Shown: positions 37,962 through 47,094 of the stretch, piece after piece | Layout of the letters: every line of letters begins with the position of its first letter | How positions within the stretch are numbered: position 1 is the first letter of the stretch | Source of the DNA: Bacillota bacterium | GTDB taxonomy: Bacteria > Bacillota > UBA4882 > JBLNCG01 | Assembly: GCA_050260475.1 (NCBI GenBank) | Contig: JBLNCG010000019.1 | Coordinates: forward strand, 10,166 to 74,165 | Direction of reading: 5' to 3' | DNA: 64,000 bases | The notes under the pieces: model-generated | Database searches by the model: none | Seen by the model: the letters and a program-made list of their open reading frames with translations, nothing else | What the model was told of the DNA's origin: nothing | Made by a program: the position numbers and the translations under genes

Positions 37962-39056
37962 TCATACGGCCTTTCTCTTTTTCTCCAGCAAGTCGACAAA
38001 CGCCTCAAGCCTGGTAAGAACCCCGGTCCCCGAGGTATGCTCGTCGATGAGCAAAGAAAGCACGGGAATACCCTTTTCTTTGCTGATCTGCTGCAAAATA
38101 CTCATGGCCACAAGCTCCGGCATGCATCCCAGTGGGGCGAGCTGGATCACCCCGTTAATCCCTTCCTTGGCCGCAAGCGCGGTATGGGCTACGGATTCCA
38201 CGCTATGCCCGCCCACAAAATGGGTCAAATACGGCCGCGCAGCCGCGCGCAAACGGCGCTGCCAGTCTAAATGGAACAGACTGCAGAATATCTGCTCCCG
38301 GACCCATCGCGAGAAATATATAGTCCGGACCACCTCGATCCCCATCATGCTCAGAGTCTCTTCCATATTGAAGTTGACGGCCGGCTCCAGAACCACGTAT
38401 ATCTCCCCCACCAGCATAATCTTAAGGGGTTTTATCTTAATTTGCGGATAAGCATCCATGGCCAGGGAGGATTCCCGCAAGATCCGGTACATCTCCCCCG
38501 CTTCCGAAGCCTGGTCTATATGCTGGAGAAAAATCCGCCGTTCCCGCCAGAGGCGCCTGCAGTTCTCCGGTCCCACCCGCGGGGCCAGGAAAAGGATTTT
38601 TCGATCCAGGCGGTCCATCACGGCCAGTTTATGCCAGCAAAGATATGCAGCGCGCGGCAGATTACGCCAAAATGCATTGCCCAGCACTCTTGTAAACTTT
38701 TCCACCAGTTCGCCCAGGTTATTTTTCGGATGTTCCAACACCACAAAGGGCAGATCATAGCCCATCGTCCGGAGAATCTCCCTTTGTACTTCACCGTAAA
38801 GGCCGAAGCGGCAAGGCCCTACCCCTCCCGCCATAAAGATGATGTCCACCCCCGACGGGATGGCTTCGAGGTAATTTCCGAAGTTCACTTTCAGAGGCAG
38901 GCAGGCGAACTCGGGGGTATGACTGCTTCCCAGGGAAATGGTTTCCCGCGTGATGGGCGGGGGAAGAGTCACATCAAAGCCCAGTTCGTTCAACAGGCAC
39001 TTGAAGGCGATGCTTTGCGTTCCCATGTGAGGGAAAGTAGCTTTATAACGCGGCAT
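37962..39056 (-). CDS. Acyl-CoA dehydratase activase-related protein (DUF2229 / HgdB-like), second module
   Basis: This is the segment found fused to activase ATPases in large CoA-enzyme-activase proteins. Start at 39056 with GGAG upstream. Confidence 0.6.
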   Translation of the reverse strand: MPRYKATFPHMGTQSIAFKCLLNELGFDVTLPPPITRETISLGSSHTPEFACLPLKVNFGNYLEAIPSGVDIIFMAGGVGPCRFGLYGEVQREILRTMGYDLPFVVLEHPKNNLGELVEKFTRVLGNAFWRNLPRAAYLCWHKLAVMDRLDRKILFLAPRVGPENCRRLWRERRIFLQHIDQASEAGEMYRILRESSLAMDAYPQIKIKPLKIMLVGEIYVVLEPAVNFNMEETLSMMGIEVVRTIYFSRWVREQIFCSLFHLDWQRRLRAAARPYLTHFVGGHSVESVAHTALAAKEGINGVIQLAPLGCMPELVAMSILQQISKEKGIPVLSLLIDEHTSGTGVLTRLEAFVDLLEKKRKAV

Positions 39057-40017
39057 GTTTTTTACTCCGATCAAGTAAATCAAGGAGCGCTTCGATTCTT
39101 GTCTGCAAGCCGGCGCGCCCGGTATGCTCATCCAAAGTTATTTTCAAAAGAGGCGGAGATCCCGGCGTTCTCTGGAGATATCTCCCTAAAAGTTCGCCGA
39201 TAATGGCATCCGGGCCGCACAGGCAGGCTGAAAGGAAGACTATCCCGTCCACCTTGCATGAGGAATAATAAAGGCCCGCAGATAAAATCCTCTGCCCCAT
39301 GGGCCAGAATACCGCCTTCCCCTGCATGCCCTCTAACATCTCAGCGGCGGATTCGGGGACCATCTCCTCCGTCAGCACCTTCACCCCGTTTTTGGCCAAA
39401 GCCTGAAGAAACTGCTGATTGGCCAACTCATCATAAACCAGGTACGGATGTCCCAATACGGCTATCTGCAACTGCATCCCCTTTTCCAGTTTGACATGGG
39501 CCTTCCGCTGAACCAGATAATCTATGGCCTCGGGCGGTTTATAACCTGTTTTGCACAGCTCCAGAAAAGTCCGGTGCTCTTTTAAGGCGTCCATCCATGC
39601 ATCTTTGATTTGCCGCTTTTTTAATCCGGGAGCGATCTTGCGCATTCCCGCCACCCATTGGTCCATTCCGGGGCAGCCGGCTTCGTCCACATCGTGCCAG
39701 TATTCACACGCCCTTGAAAATTTCATTCGCGCCAAATCCGGCAATCCCATCAGCTTCGGGCAAAAATGCCCCTTCCCCCACCTGCCGAAGCCCGGTGAAA
39801 AAAGCACATCCACCTTGTCCTGGAGATATGCGAGATGTCCGAAATGCATTTTTACCGGCAGGCAAGCCTCATCCAGAGCCAGGGAAAGGCCCTTTTGAAG
39901 TATGGACTGGCTAGTCGGCGGCGAGACCTGGCAGGACCACCCCAGTTCCTGGAAAAAAGCCGCCCAGAAAGGGTAATAATAATAATAATATAATGAACGC
40001 GGTATGCCTACAATCAT
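39043..40017 (-). CDS. Acyl-CoA dehydratase activase-related protein (DUF2229-like), first module
   Basis: GIPRSLYYYYYYPFWAAFFQELGW resembles the conserved N-terminal motif of DUF2229. Confidence 0.6.
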   Translation of the reverse strand: MIVGIPRSLYYYYYYPFWAAFFQELGWSCQVSPPTSQSILQKGLSLALDEACLPVKMHFGHLAYLQDKVDVLFSPGFGRWGKGHFCPKLMGLPDLARMKFSRACEYWHDVDEAGCPGMDQWVAGMRKIAPGLKKRQIKDAWMDALKEHRTFLELCKTGYKPPEAIDYLVQRKAHVKLEKGMQLQIAVLGHPYLVYDELANQQFLQALAKNGVKVLTEEMVPESAAEMLEGMQGKAVFWPMGQRILSAGLYYSSCKVDGIVFLSACLCGPDAIIGELLGRYLQRTPGSPPLLKITLDEHTGRAGLQTRIEALLDLLDRSKKHAAL

Positions 40018-40045
40018 CGATCGTCCTGCCCCTTTGCTTAATCAT

Positions 40046-40097
40046 GCCTTCGGGAAGTAAAACTTAAGAAAATAATCAAATATTACTTCCCGAAGGC
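40046..40097. promoter_or_regulatory. Perfect 15-bp inverted repeat with a 22-nt loop in the leader of the activase-like operon
   Basis: Arms GCCTTCGGGAAGTAA and TTACTTCCCGAAGGC, 29 nt upstream of the start at 40017. Confidence 0.5.
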
Positions 40098-40280
40098 TAT
40101 CGGTTAACCCGATTCGGCTTAATTTTTTGTTTATGCGTTTCTTGTAAATAAAATATTCGAGCCTGATTTTATCACTTACTTGCCGAATTGAGGTTAATAA
40201 TTCTTCATAATGGTAAGTATAATTCCGTAATATCCAGCGAATTCCTGCCGGCCGGTGAAAAACCCATTACACCCGGTCCG

Positions 40281-40844
40281 TTAATATTCTTGTTGATTAT
40301 GCATCGATCTGTTCAAGATCTCCTCCACCGCCCGGGTGGTAATCTGCGCCTCATTATCCGAATCGCCCATTTTCCCCAGATCCCCGATCCCCGCGATTAT
40401 CGGCGCGTCCAAATCCCGTAAAGTATCGACGGTGTCTCCTCTCAGTTTTTCGCCGTCTACAGCCGGAGCGCCGTCTTTTTTTACCGCCCCGCCGATGATT
40501 TCCCCGTCTTTAGTAACGGAAAAATCCACCTCCACGCCCCGCCCCTGCTCCGCGTTGGAAGCCACCGCCAAAATTCCCAGAACTTCGATGCCGTTATGAC
40601 GGATCAGCTCCTTAAGCGCCGCTTCCCCCGCGCCTTTGCCTTCATATCCCGCATCATCCACCATCACCAAAACAGGATCGTACGGGGTTTGTCTGATTAA
40701 ATTCACCATATCCTCTCCGGTAAGACGGGACGGGTTTCCTGAGGAAAGGGAGATGCACCTTCCTCCCACATTGCGGGCGGCCTTTTCCACCGCCGCCTTT
40801 GCCTTCCCATCCCCGTCCGTGATGATGATCACCCTGCGCTTCAC
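40281..40844 (-). CDS. Hypothetical protein with Toprim-like N-terminus (IIITDGDGKA ... VMVDDAGYEG)
   Basis: 187 aa, Gly/Asp-rich. I recognise no family with confidence. Confidence 0.4.
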   Translation of the reverse strand: MKRRVIIITDGDGKAKAAVEKAARNVGGRCISLSSGNPSRLTGEDMVNLIRQTPYDPVLVMVDDAGYEGKGAGEAALKELIRHNGIEVLGILAVASNAEQGRGVEVDFSVTKDGEIIGGAVKKDGAPAVDGEKLRGDTVDTLRDLDAPIIAGIGDLGKMGDSDNEAQITTRAVEEILNRSMHNQQEY

Positions 40845-41302
40845 TGGCGCTCCCCTTTCTGTGATTTGGCTTCACGCACCAAAGTCACGTAATCATTCCA
40901 ACAGCGCTTCACATCCCATGCCACCAAAGGTCTTCCCACTGGAGCCAGCTTCAATACCCTTGAGATAAATCCGCCGAGTCTGGAAAACATCCGGGTCGCA
41001 GGCAGGGTAAAAACCAGCAACACTTCGTGATCCGGTATCCGGTAATACCTGAGGAGGCTTTTAATCAATTGCACCCCTATGCGGGTATTGGAACCTAGAC
41101 CCAGGATATAAACTTCATCGCCGTTTTCATCCCTGCCCATGAAAAAGAGCTGTCCGGCGGCCGTATCGGCTGTTTTATCGAACCTGGGAAGGTTACAGAT
41201 ATCTTTTACTGAGGGAGAGGTGTTTTGAACATTGCCCAGATGCAGATGAGCGGCTATGACAGAGGAATGAGCGCCCCCGTAACAATGGTAGATTATTTTC
41301 AT
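40841..41302 (-). CDS. DUF3189-family protein (paralogue B)
   Basis: N-terminus MKIIYHCYGGAHSSVIAAHLHLG. It is a tandem paralogue of the upstream gene. Confidence 0.55.
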   Translation of the reverse strand: MKIIYHCYGGAHSSVIAAHLHLGNVQNTSPSVKDICNLPRFDKTADTAAGQLFFMGRDENGDEVYILGLGSNTRIGVQLIKSLLRYYRIPDHEVLLVFTLPATRMFSRLGGFISRVLKLAPVGRPLVAWDVKRCWNDYVTLVREAKSQKGERQ

Positions 41303-41754
41303 GAAATTTCATTTTTTGTTTTTTGCACTATTTTTACTATCCTTCGATAAGCAAGCATGGTGCCCCACATTACCAAAGGCCGCCCGAAAACAACTATCTT
41401 CAGCGCCCTGGATGAATACCCTCCTATCATCATGAGCAGATTGAAAGATTGATAACAATTGACGAACTTCCATTCCGCGGGATCGTGCCCCAATACTCCC
41501 ACTATGCTCCGGAGCAAGATTTCCAGCATCTTTGTTTGTTGTTTACGGCCCAGGATGAATATTTCGTGCCCTGCACGGTCTTTGCCCACAAAATGCAATA
41601 TTCCGTGTGTCGCGGAATCGGGTCCGTCATAAAGGGGGGCGGAAAGCAACTCTTCCCTGCCGGGAATTCTGTCCGCCGGCAGATAACCCAAATGAATCGA
41701 CGCTGCGGCTGCCGATGCATGAGCGCCCCCGAAACAATGATAGATAATCTTCAT
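41299..41754 (-). CDS. DUF3189-family protein (paralogue A)
   Basis: N-terminus MKIIYHCFGGAHASAAAASIHLG. Overlaps the next gene by 4 nt. Confidence 0.55.
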   Translation of the reverse strand: MKIIYHCFGGAHASAAAASIHLGYLPADRIPGREELLSAPLYDGPDSATHGILHFVGKDRAGHEIFILGRKQQTKMLEILLRSIVGVLGHDPAEWKFVNCYQSFNLLMMIGGYSSRALKIVVFGRPLVMWGTMLAYRRIVKIVQKTKNEIS

Positions 41755-41887
41755 GTCCCTTCACCCCAATGATGCGCCAATGAAGCAGCAGGGCGATGAA
41801 ATGCTTGCTTGACAAACTGTATTGTACCCTCTTCCATGATACGTTATACCGACCCCGCTGCAGGACATCGGCGGCCGGGCATAGAGG

Positions 41888-41921
41888 AAAAAAATAAAAC
41901 AGGCGCCATAAAAGACGCCTG
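41888..41921 (-). terminator. Intrinsic terminator downstream of the ispH-rpsA fusion gene
   Basis: Minus-strand hairpin CAGGCG/CGCCTG followed by UUUUAUUUUUUU. Confidence 0.6.
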
Positions 41922-41935
41922 CCCGTCATGAAATG

Positions 41936-43954
41936 TCACTTCGGGATCGGTTCGGCGTTTTTACCGCCGGACAAAACGTTTGCCTCTTTCAGCCGGGCTT
42001 TATTGATGCTGAGGCTCAGCCTTTTTTGCTGCGGTTCGCTTTTTAACACCATCACCGCCACTCCCTGATCAAGACGCAAAACATCATCAGGTTTATGCAC
42101 TCTTTCATCAGCGAGTTCGGAAATATGGACCAAACCTTCCACGCCATCCTCCACCTGGATGAACGCCCCGTAGGGGGCAAATCCGGTCACTTTGCCCTTT
42201 ACAATCGTCCCTTCGGGGTATCGATCACCTATTCCCGCCCAGGGGTCCGGAAGAAGCTGCTTCATGCTGAGGGAGATTTTCCGTCCGGCGGCGTCCAGGC
42301 TTTTTACTCCCACCTGAACTTCATCGCCGACATTCAACTTCTCGGAGGGGTGTTTGATCTTGTCCCAGGCGATCTCGGAGATATGCAGGAGCCCATCCAC
42401 GCCCGATGCCAGGCTGATAAAAGCGCCGAAGGGAGTAATCCGCTCCACCGTGCCGTGGAATATATCACCCTCCCGGACGCTGTCCCAAAACTTTTTTTCT
42501 TCCTTCCTGCGGTCGTCCTCTTTTACCGCGCGGTGCGATACGGTCATCTTTTCCTTGTGCGGATTGATTTCGATGATTTTTACCGGCAGGATCCGGCCCT
42601 CCATATCCGGGAGATCCCCGGTTCTCCCGGCGGTGGCGTGGGATGCGGGCATAAAGGCTTCCATGCCCTCCACCTCCATGATCAAGCCTCCCTTGACCGC
42701 CTGCTTCACCTTTCCTTCAAGGACCAATCCTTCCTGAAAAATCCGTTGCAAATCCTCCCATTTTTTCATGGAAATCAGCGGCAGCATTGAAAGACGGATT
42801 TGCTCACCGTCTTTGGCGTCCTTCACCACTACATCGATCTCGTCGCCGATTTGGTAAATCTCCGCAAGCGGCGTCTCTGGACTCAAGCCCGTCTCTTCCC
42901 TGGGGATCTCCAGATCGTTTTTACCTCCCAGGGATACATAGAGCGCATCCGGCCGGACGTGGACCACCAAGGCTCGCAATTTTTGCCCGGGCATGTAATG
43001 TGCCTTGGATACGCGCAACAGATCTTCCATGGACATGTCTTCCTCTTCCGGTTCGGGGGAAACTGCGGCGTCATTCTTTTCAACAGGGCGTTCCGGTTCC
43101 GGGGGGACAGTTTGCTCCGCATCTTCTCCCTTAAGCCTGTTCAACACTTCGTCGATCTGGGTCTGAGGCGTGGATGCCCCCGCGGTAATGCCGACCGTTC
43201 CGAAAGGGGACAGATCGATCATTTCCAGTTCGGACGGATCTTCTATGTGAAAAGTGGGGATTCCCGTTCCGCCTGAAAGTTTGGCCAACTGGGTGGTATT
43301 GGCGCTGTTCTTCCCTCCCAAAACCAGCATGGCATCCACCTGCTTCGCCAGGTCCAGGGTGCCCTTTTGCCTTTCCTCCGTAGCCTGGCAAATGGTCTTC
43401 AAGATCCTGATATCCTTTCCCTTGCGTATCAACACGGAAACCGCCTTCATAAAATTCTCCTCGGTCTGGGTGGTCTGGGAAATAATCCCGATTTTGGCAG
43501 GCAAGGATAATTCTCCGGCTTCCTCCGGGTTTTGCACTACGTAGGCGCGATCTTCTATGACCGCGGTAATGGCTTTAACCTCTGCGTGGTTTTTTTCACC
43601 CACCACCACCACGGCATAACCTTCTCTATCTAGCTCCGCCGCGAGATCCTGGGCTTTCTTCACATTGGGGCAGGTAGTGTCGATTATCGTAAGACCGCGG
43701 GATTTCGCCTCTTCGATATCCTGCGGAGACACTCCGTGGCATCGCAGGAGCAGCACCCCGCCGTCCACGTCAGCCAGTTTTTCCGCCACGGTCAAACCCC
43801 GGCCGGCCAATTCCCGCACCACCCGGGGATTATGAATCAGCGGGCCGTACGAATAGATCGGTCGTTCCGAACGGAGCAAACACTCCTCCGCCATGGCCAG
43901 GGCCCTTTTCACTCCGAAACAAACCCCCGCCCGGGGGCAGACTATAAATTCCAT
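41936..43954 (-). CDS. ispH: Bifunctional 4-hydroxy-3-methylbut-2-enyl diphosphate reductase / ribosomal-protein-S1-domain protein
   Basis: IspH fold at the N-terminus (CPRAGVCFGVKRA ... HNPRVV) followed by several S1 RNA-binding repeats. Confidence 0.9.
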   Translation of the reverse strand: MEFIVCPRAGVCFGVKRALAMAEECLLRSERPIYSYGPLIHNPRVVRELAGRGLTVAEKLADVDGGVLLLRCHGVSPQDIEEAKSRGLTIIDTTCPNVKKAQDLAAELDREGYAVVVVGEKNHAEVKAITAVIEDRAYVVQNPEEAGELSLPAKIGIISQTTQTEENFMKAVSVLIRKGKDIRILKTICQATEERQKGTLDLAKQVDAMLVLGGKNSANTTQLAKLSGGTGIPTFHIEDPSELEMIDLSPFGTVGITAGASTPQTQIDEVLNRLKGEDAEQTVPPEPERPVEKNDAAVSPEPEEEDMSMEDLLRVSKAHYMPGQKLRALVVHVRPDALYVSLGGKNDLEIPREETGLSPETPLAEIYQIGDEIDVVVKDAKDGEQIRLSMLPLISMKKWEDLQRIFQEGLVLEGKVKQAVKGGLIMEVEGMEAFMPASHATAGRTGDLPDMEGRILPVKIIEINPHKEKMTVSHRAVKEDDRRKEEKKFWDSVREGDIFHGTVERITPFGAFISLASGVDGLLHISEIAWDKIKHPSEKLNVGDEVQVGVKSLDAAGRKISLSMKQLLPDPWAGIGDRYPEGTIVKGKVTGFAPYGAFIQVEDGVEGLVHISELADERVHKPDDVLRLDQGVAVMVLKSEPQQKRLSLSINKARLKEANVLSGGKNAEPIPK

Positions 43955-43970
43955 TCTTTTCCTCCCAAAC

Positions 43971-44603
43971 TCAATATGCCTTCAATTCCCGGTGCAGCCC
44001 GGCGATGACCTGCATCAGATACTCCGTGGCCGCTTTCACCCTTTGTTTATGATCAGGATAAACGGTTTCCGAAAAAAGTCCGCTCAAACTGAAAGCTTTG
44101 CCGAATTTCAGCCGGTATTCCGGTCTGCAGAATCTGCGCCTTTTAATGTAAACCGCCGTCGGTAGAATCGGAGCGTCTGTCTCCAGGGCGATCAGGGCCG
44201 CCCCCGGCCGGCCTTTCAGAAGCGAATCCGTTTTAGACCTGGTGCCTTCCGGAAACAGGCAAACGGTCTTCCCGTTTCGCACCAGTTTTATAGCTTCCCC
44301 CAGGGCTTTCAAATCCGCGCCGCCCCTGTGCACCGGAAAAGCCCCCCATCCCCGGATAACCGCTCCGAACACCGGGATGCCGAACAGTTCCTTTTTGGCC
44401 ATGAAATGCACTTTAAATTTCAATCCCATGGAGGTCCCGATAAAGGGCGGATCCCAGAAATTGATATGGTTGGAGGCGGTAATAAACCGCGAATCCACGG
44501 GAAGGTTTTCCCTCCCCCAGATCCGGATCCGGAAAAAAGTCCGCAGATAAAACTTGCAGATGACAAAACCTATTCTATAGAGCATGGCGGACGTCCTCCA
44601 CAA
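43971..44603 (-). CDS. plsC: 1-acyl-sn-glycerol-3-phosphate acyltransferase
   Basis: Acyltransferase motifs NHINFWDP and FPEGTRS. Confidence 0.85.
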   Translation of the reverse strand: MWRTSAMLYRIGFVICKFYLRTFFRIRIWGRENLPVDSRFITASNHINFWDPPFIGTSMGLKFKVHFMAKKELFGIPVFGAVIRGWGAFPVHRGGADLKALGEAIKLVRNGKTVCLFPEGTRSKTDSLLKGRPGAALIALETDAPILPTAVYIKRRRFCRPEYRLKFGKAFSLSGLFSETVYPDHKQRVKAATEYLMQVIAGLHRELKAY

Positions 44604-45789
44604 TCGCCAGAATTTTATCCCTGACCTGTTCGATGGCGAGCTTCGTGGAATCTACCAACACCGCATCCCGAGCCTGTTTAAGCGGGGACACCTCCCGTTC
44701 GCTGTCGGTCTTGTCCCGATCCTTGATCTGCGCAAGAAGCTCCCTGAAGGAAATTCGGACGCCCTTCGCCGCAAGTTCCTTCTGCCTGCGCCGGGTTCGC
44801 TCCTTTAAAGTGGCGGTGAGGAAGATCTTTGCTTCCGCCTCCGGCAAAACCACCGTTCCGATGTCGCGCCCGTCCATGACCACGCCGCCCCCGGCGGCCA
44901 TAATCCGCTGCTGCGCCACCAGCGCTTCCCTGACCCCCTTGATGACTCCTATCTTTGAAGCGCCCCTGGCGATATCTACATCGCGAATAGCCTCGCTTAC
45001 ATCTTCGCCGTCCAGGCAGATTCGCGTCTGCCACCCGCCGTCCGGAGTCCGCGCAAGTCCTTTCAAGGCAAGGCGCGCCTCCCTGGCTATTTTTGTGACG
45101 CCCGCGCCGTCCCCCCAATCCACATTCTCCCGTGCGGCTTTTAAGGCCACCGCGCGGTACATGGCGCCGGTATCGATATATATATAACCCAGGGCTTCCG
45201 CCAGGAGCCTGGCGATGGTACTTTTACCCGAACCGGCGGGCCCGTCGATGGCTATGTTGATTTTACGCGTTTCCTTAACGCTCGAAACCAATGCGCTTAT
45301 ATTCTCCCTTCTTGTAAAATCCGCCGGATTGTCATAAGCCGCAAGCATACCCTGTTCATCGGGTGTCAAAGCTTTTTTCCCTTTCAGGATCCACTTCATC
45401 GGCAACATCAGCACCTTGAAAAAGGGCGGCAGCCTGCGGTAGTCAAAGCCGCCACGCAGATAGAAAAACCGGATTTGCTCCCGCTGCCCGGGTGTGAAAT
45501 TCGCCTTTAAGATCTCACTGACGGTCTCTTCCCTGGCAGGCGACGCGCCCGTGGCAAAGACGACGACTTTCTTGCCTTCAAGCCTGCGGAGGTTCCGGGT
45601 AACCAATTCGATTCCGTTAATCCGTGAAGCGTAAAGACCTCCTCCGTAAATCACCGTGTCATAACTCTCCAGGGTACCGGCGGAAACCTTGGAAGCCTCG
45701 AAAATATCGGCCGCCAGCTCTTCCGCAATCCATTGAGCGTATTTTGCCGTAAAACCGGTTTTGGATTTGTACGCCACTATTGTTCTCAT
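44575..45789 (-). CDS. cmk: Flavodoxin-like domain fused to cytidylate kinase
   Basis: Residues 1 to about 180 are flavodoxin-like (MRTIVAYKSKTGFTAKYAQWIAEEL). The C-terminal 225 aa are Cmk (IAIDGPAGSGKST ... DGRDIGTVV). It is a single uninterrupted ORF. Confidence 0.75.
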   Translation of the reverse strand: MRTIVAYKSKTGFTAKYAQWIAEELAADIFEASKVSAGTLESYDTVIYGGGLYASRINGIELVTRNLRRLEGKKVVVFATGASPAREETVSEILKANFTPGQREQIRFFYLRGGFDYRRLPPFFKVLMLPMKWILKGKKALTPDEQGMLAAYDNPADFTRRENISALVSSVKETRKINIAIDGPAGSGKSTIARLLAEALGYIYIDTGAMYRAVALKAARENVDWGDGAGVTKIAREARLALKGLARTPDGGWQTRICLDGEDVSEAIRDVDIARGASKIGVIKGVREALVAQQRIMAAGGGVVMDGRDIGTVVLPEAEAKIFLTATLKERTRRRQKELAAKGVRISFRELLAQIKDRDKTDSEREVSPLKQARDAVLVDSTKLAIEQVRDKILAIVEDVRHAL

Positions 45790-45912
45790 ATTAAACGCCT
45801 CTATATAATTAAAAAGAGTATCCTGGTTCTAATTTGCGCCATTGGCAAACTTTCCCTCAAATCCAAAGCTGCCAAACTGGTCCCAAAGATATAACCTGCT
45901 GAATTTTATCCT

Positions 45913-47019
45913 TTATTTTCGCTGGTAAACCACAAATCCCTTTTCCCTCAACACCTTCGTGGCCTGCTCCATGGCCTGCTCGTTTTCCAGGGCCAGGCGG
46001 AGGGTGCCGCCCTCTCCCTCGCGCACGCGTAAAATCTCGATGTCCTTGATATTGATGGAGGCTTGGGCGAGCCATGTCAAAACCTCGTGGATCGCTCCGG
46101 GCCTGTCCTCTACGACCACCACGATTTCCGCGAGCGGCGCCAGGAAGCCCTTGCTGCGCTGCGGGATCTGCTCCCGGACCCTTCTGGCACAAGCCAGCTT
46201 TTCCACCAGACGCAGGGCATCGGCTTTTTCCAATATATCCTGCAAATCCCGGATCTCCGATAGATAAGCCTCCAGGACCCGGCATACCTGGATCCTGTTC
46301 GCCATGAAAATATCCCTCCAGAGTTCCGGATCGCCCGACGCCACCCGCGTGGTGTCCCTGAAACCGCCGGCGGCAAGATTTAAAAGCCCTGGGCTTTTCT
46401 GGTCCAGCCCCGCCACGGCATTGACCAGGGCCACAGCGGTTAAATGCGGGAGATGGCTCACGGCGCCGACAACATAGTCGTGAACTTCCGGGGAGAGCTC
46501 CCAGACATGCGCTCCGGTGGCTTCCATCATATCCTGTACGGTATTCCGGATTGAAGAAGGAGTAGGTGCGGCGGGGGTAAGGCAATAAACCGCGTTCTGG
46601 AAAAGAAACGGATCCGCGGCGGCAATGCCTTGCCGTTCACTGCCTGTCATGGGGTGACCCCCGATAAAATACTGCCCGGGATGCAGCAAGGGGGTGATTT
46701 CTCTGATGACGCCGGATTTCACGCTTCCGACATCCGTGATAATCAGGGGATCCTTTTTGAGGTTCAAAATCTTCCGTACGATATCGGTTATGGCGCTTAC
46801 GGGCGTGGCGACAACCACTATTTCTGCGCCGGTTAAGCTTTCTAACATCTCCGTAGCGCCGATCTGAATGGCTTCTTTTTGTACAGCCTCCTTGACGATT
46901 TCCCCGTCGCGGTCAACCCCGGTTACCCGGTATTTCCCGCTTCGCACAAGGGCCATCCCCAGCGAACCGCCGATCAGCCCAAGCCCGATGATTGTAACGT
47001 TTATTTTTTCCGTCCCCAT
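45913..47019 (-). CDS. tyrA: Prephenate dehydrogenase with a C-terminal ACT domain
   Basis: Rossmann motif IIGLGLIGGS. ACT-like C-terminus. The start could be 47019 or 47028. Confidence 0.85.
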   Translation of the reverse strand: MGTEKINVTIIGLGLIGGSLGMALVRSGKYRVTGVDRDGEIVKEAVQKEAIQIGATEMLESLTGAEIVVVATPVSAITDIVRKILNLKKDPLIITDVGSVKSGVIREITPLLHPGQYFIGGHPMTGSERQGIAAADPFLFQNAVYCLTPAAPTPSSIRNTVQDMMEATGAHVWELSPEVHDYVVGAVSHLPHLTAVALVNAVAGLDQKSPGLLNLAAGGFRDTTRVASGDPELWRDIFMANRIQVCRVLEAYLSEIRDLQDILEKADALRLVEKLACARRVREQIPQRSKGFLAPLAEIVVVVEDRPGAIHEVLTWLAQASINIKDIEILRVREGEGGTLRLALENEQAMEQATKVLREKGFVVYQRK

Positions 47020-47094
47020 CAGCACCATCCTGCCGTCTTTCCGTCATCAATCACCAATTATCATAAGCTTTGATAATTGTTCGCCGATAATGGT

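Noticed and set aside
45857-46585. 242-aa minus-strand ORF and several other ORFs of 60-250 aa overlapping tyrA, ileS, hydF, GH42, cmk and others in alternative frames
   Set aside because: They are embedded in or antisense to strongly supported conserved genes. Their high-GC third-position bias explains the open frames. They have no RBS and no recognisable domains.
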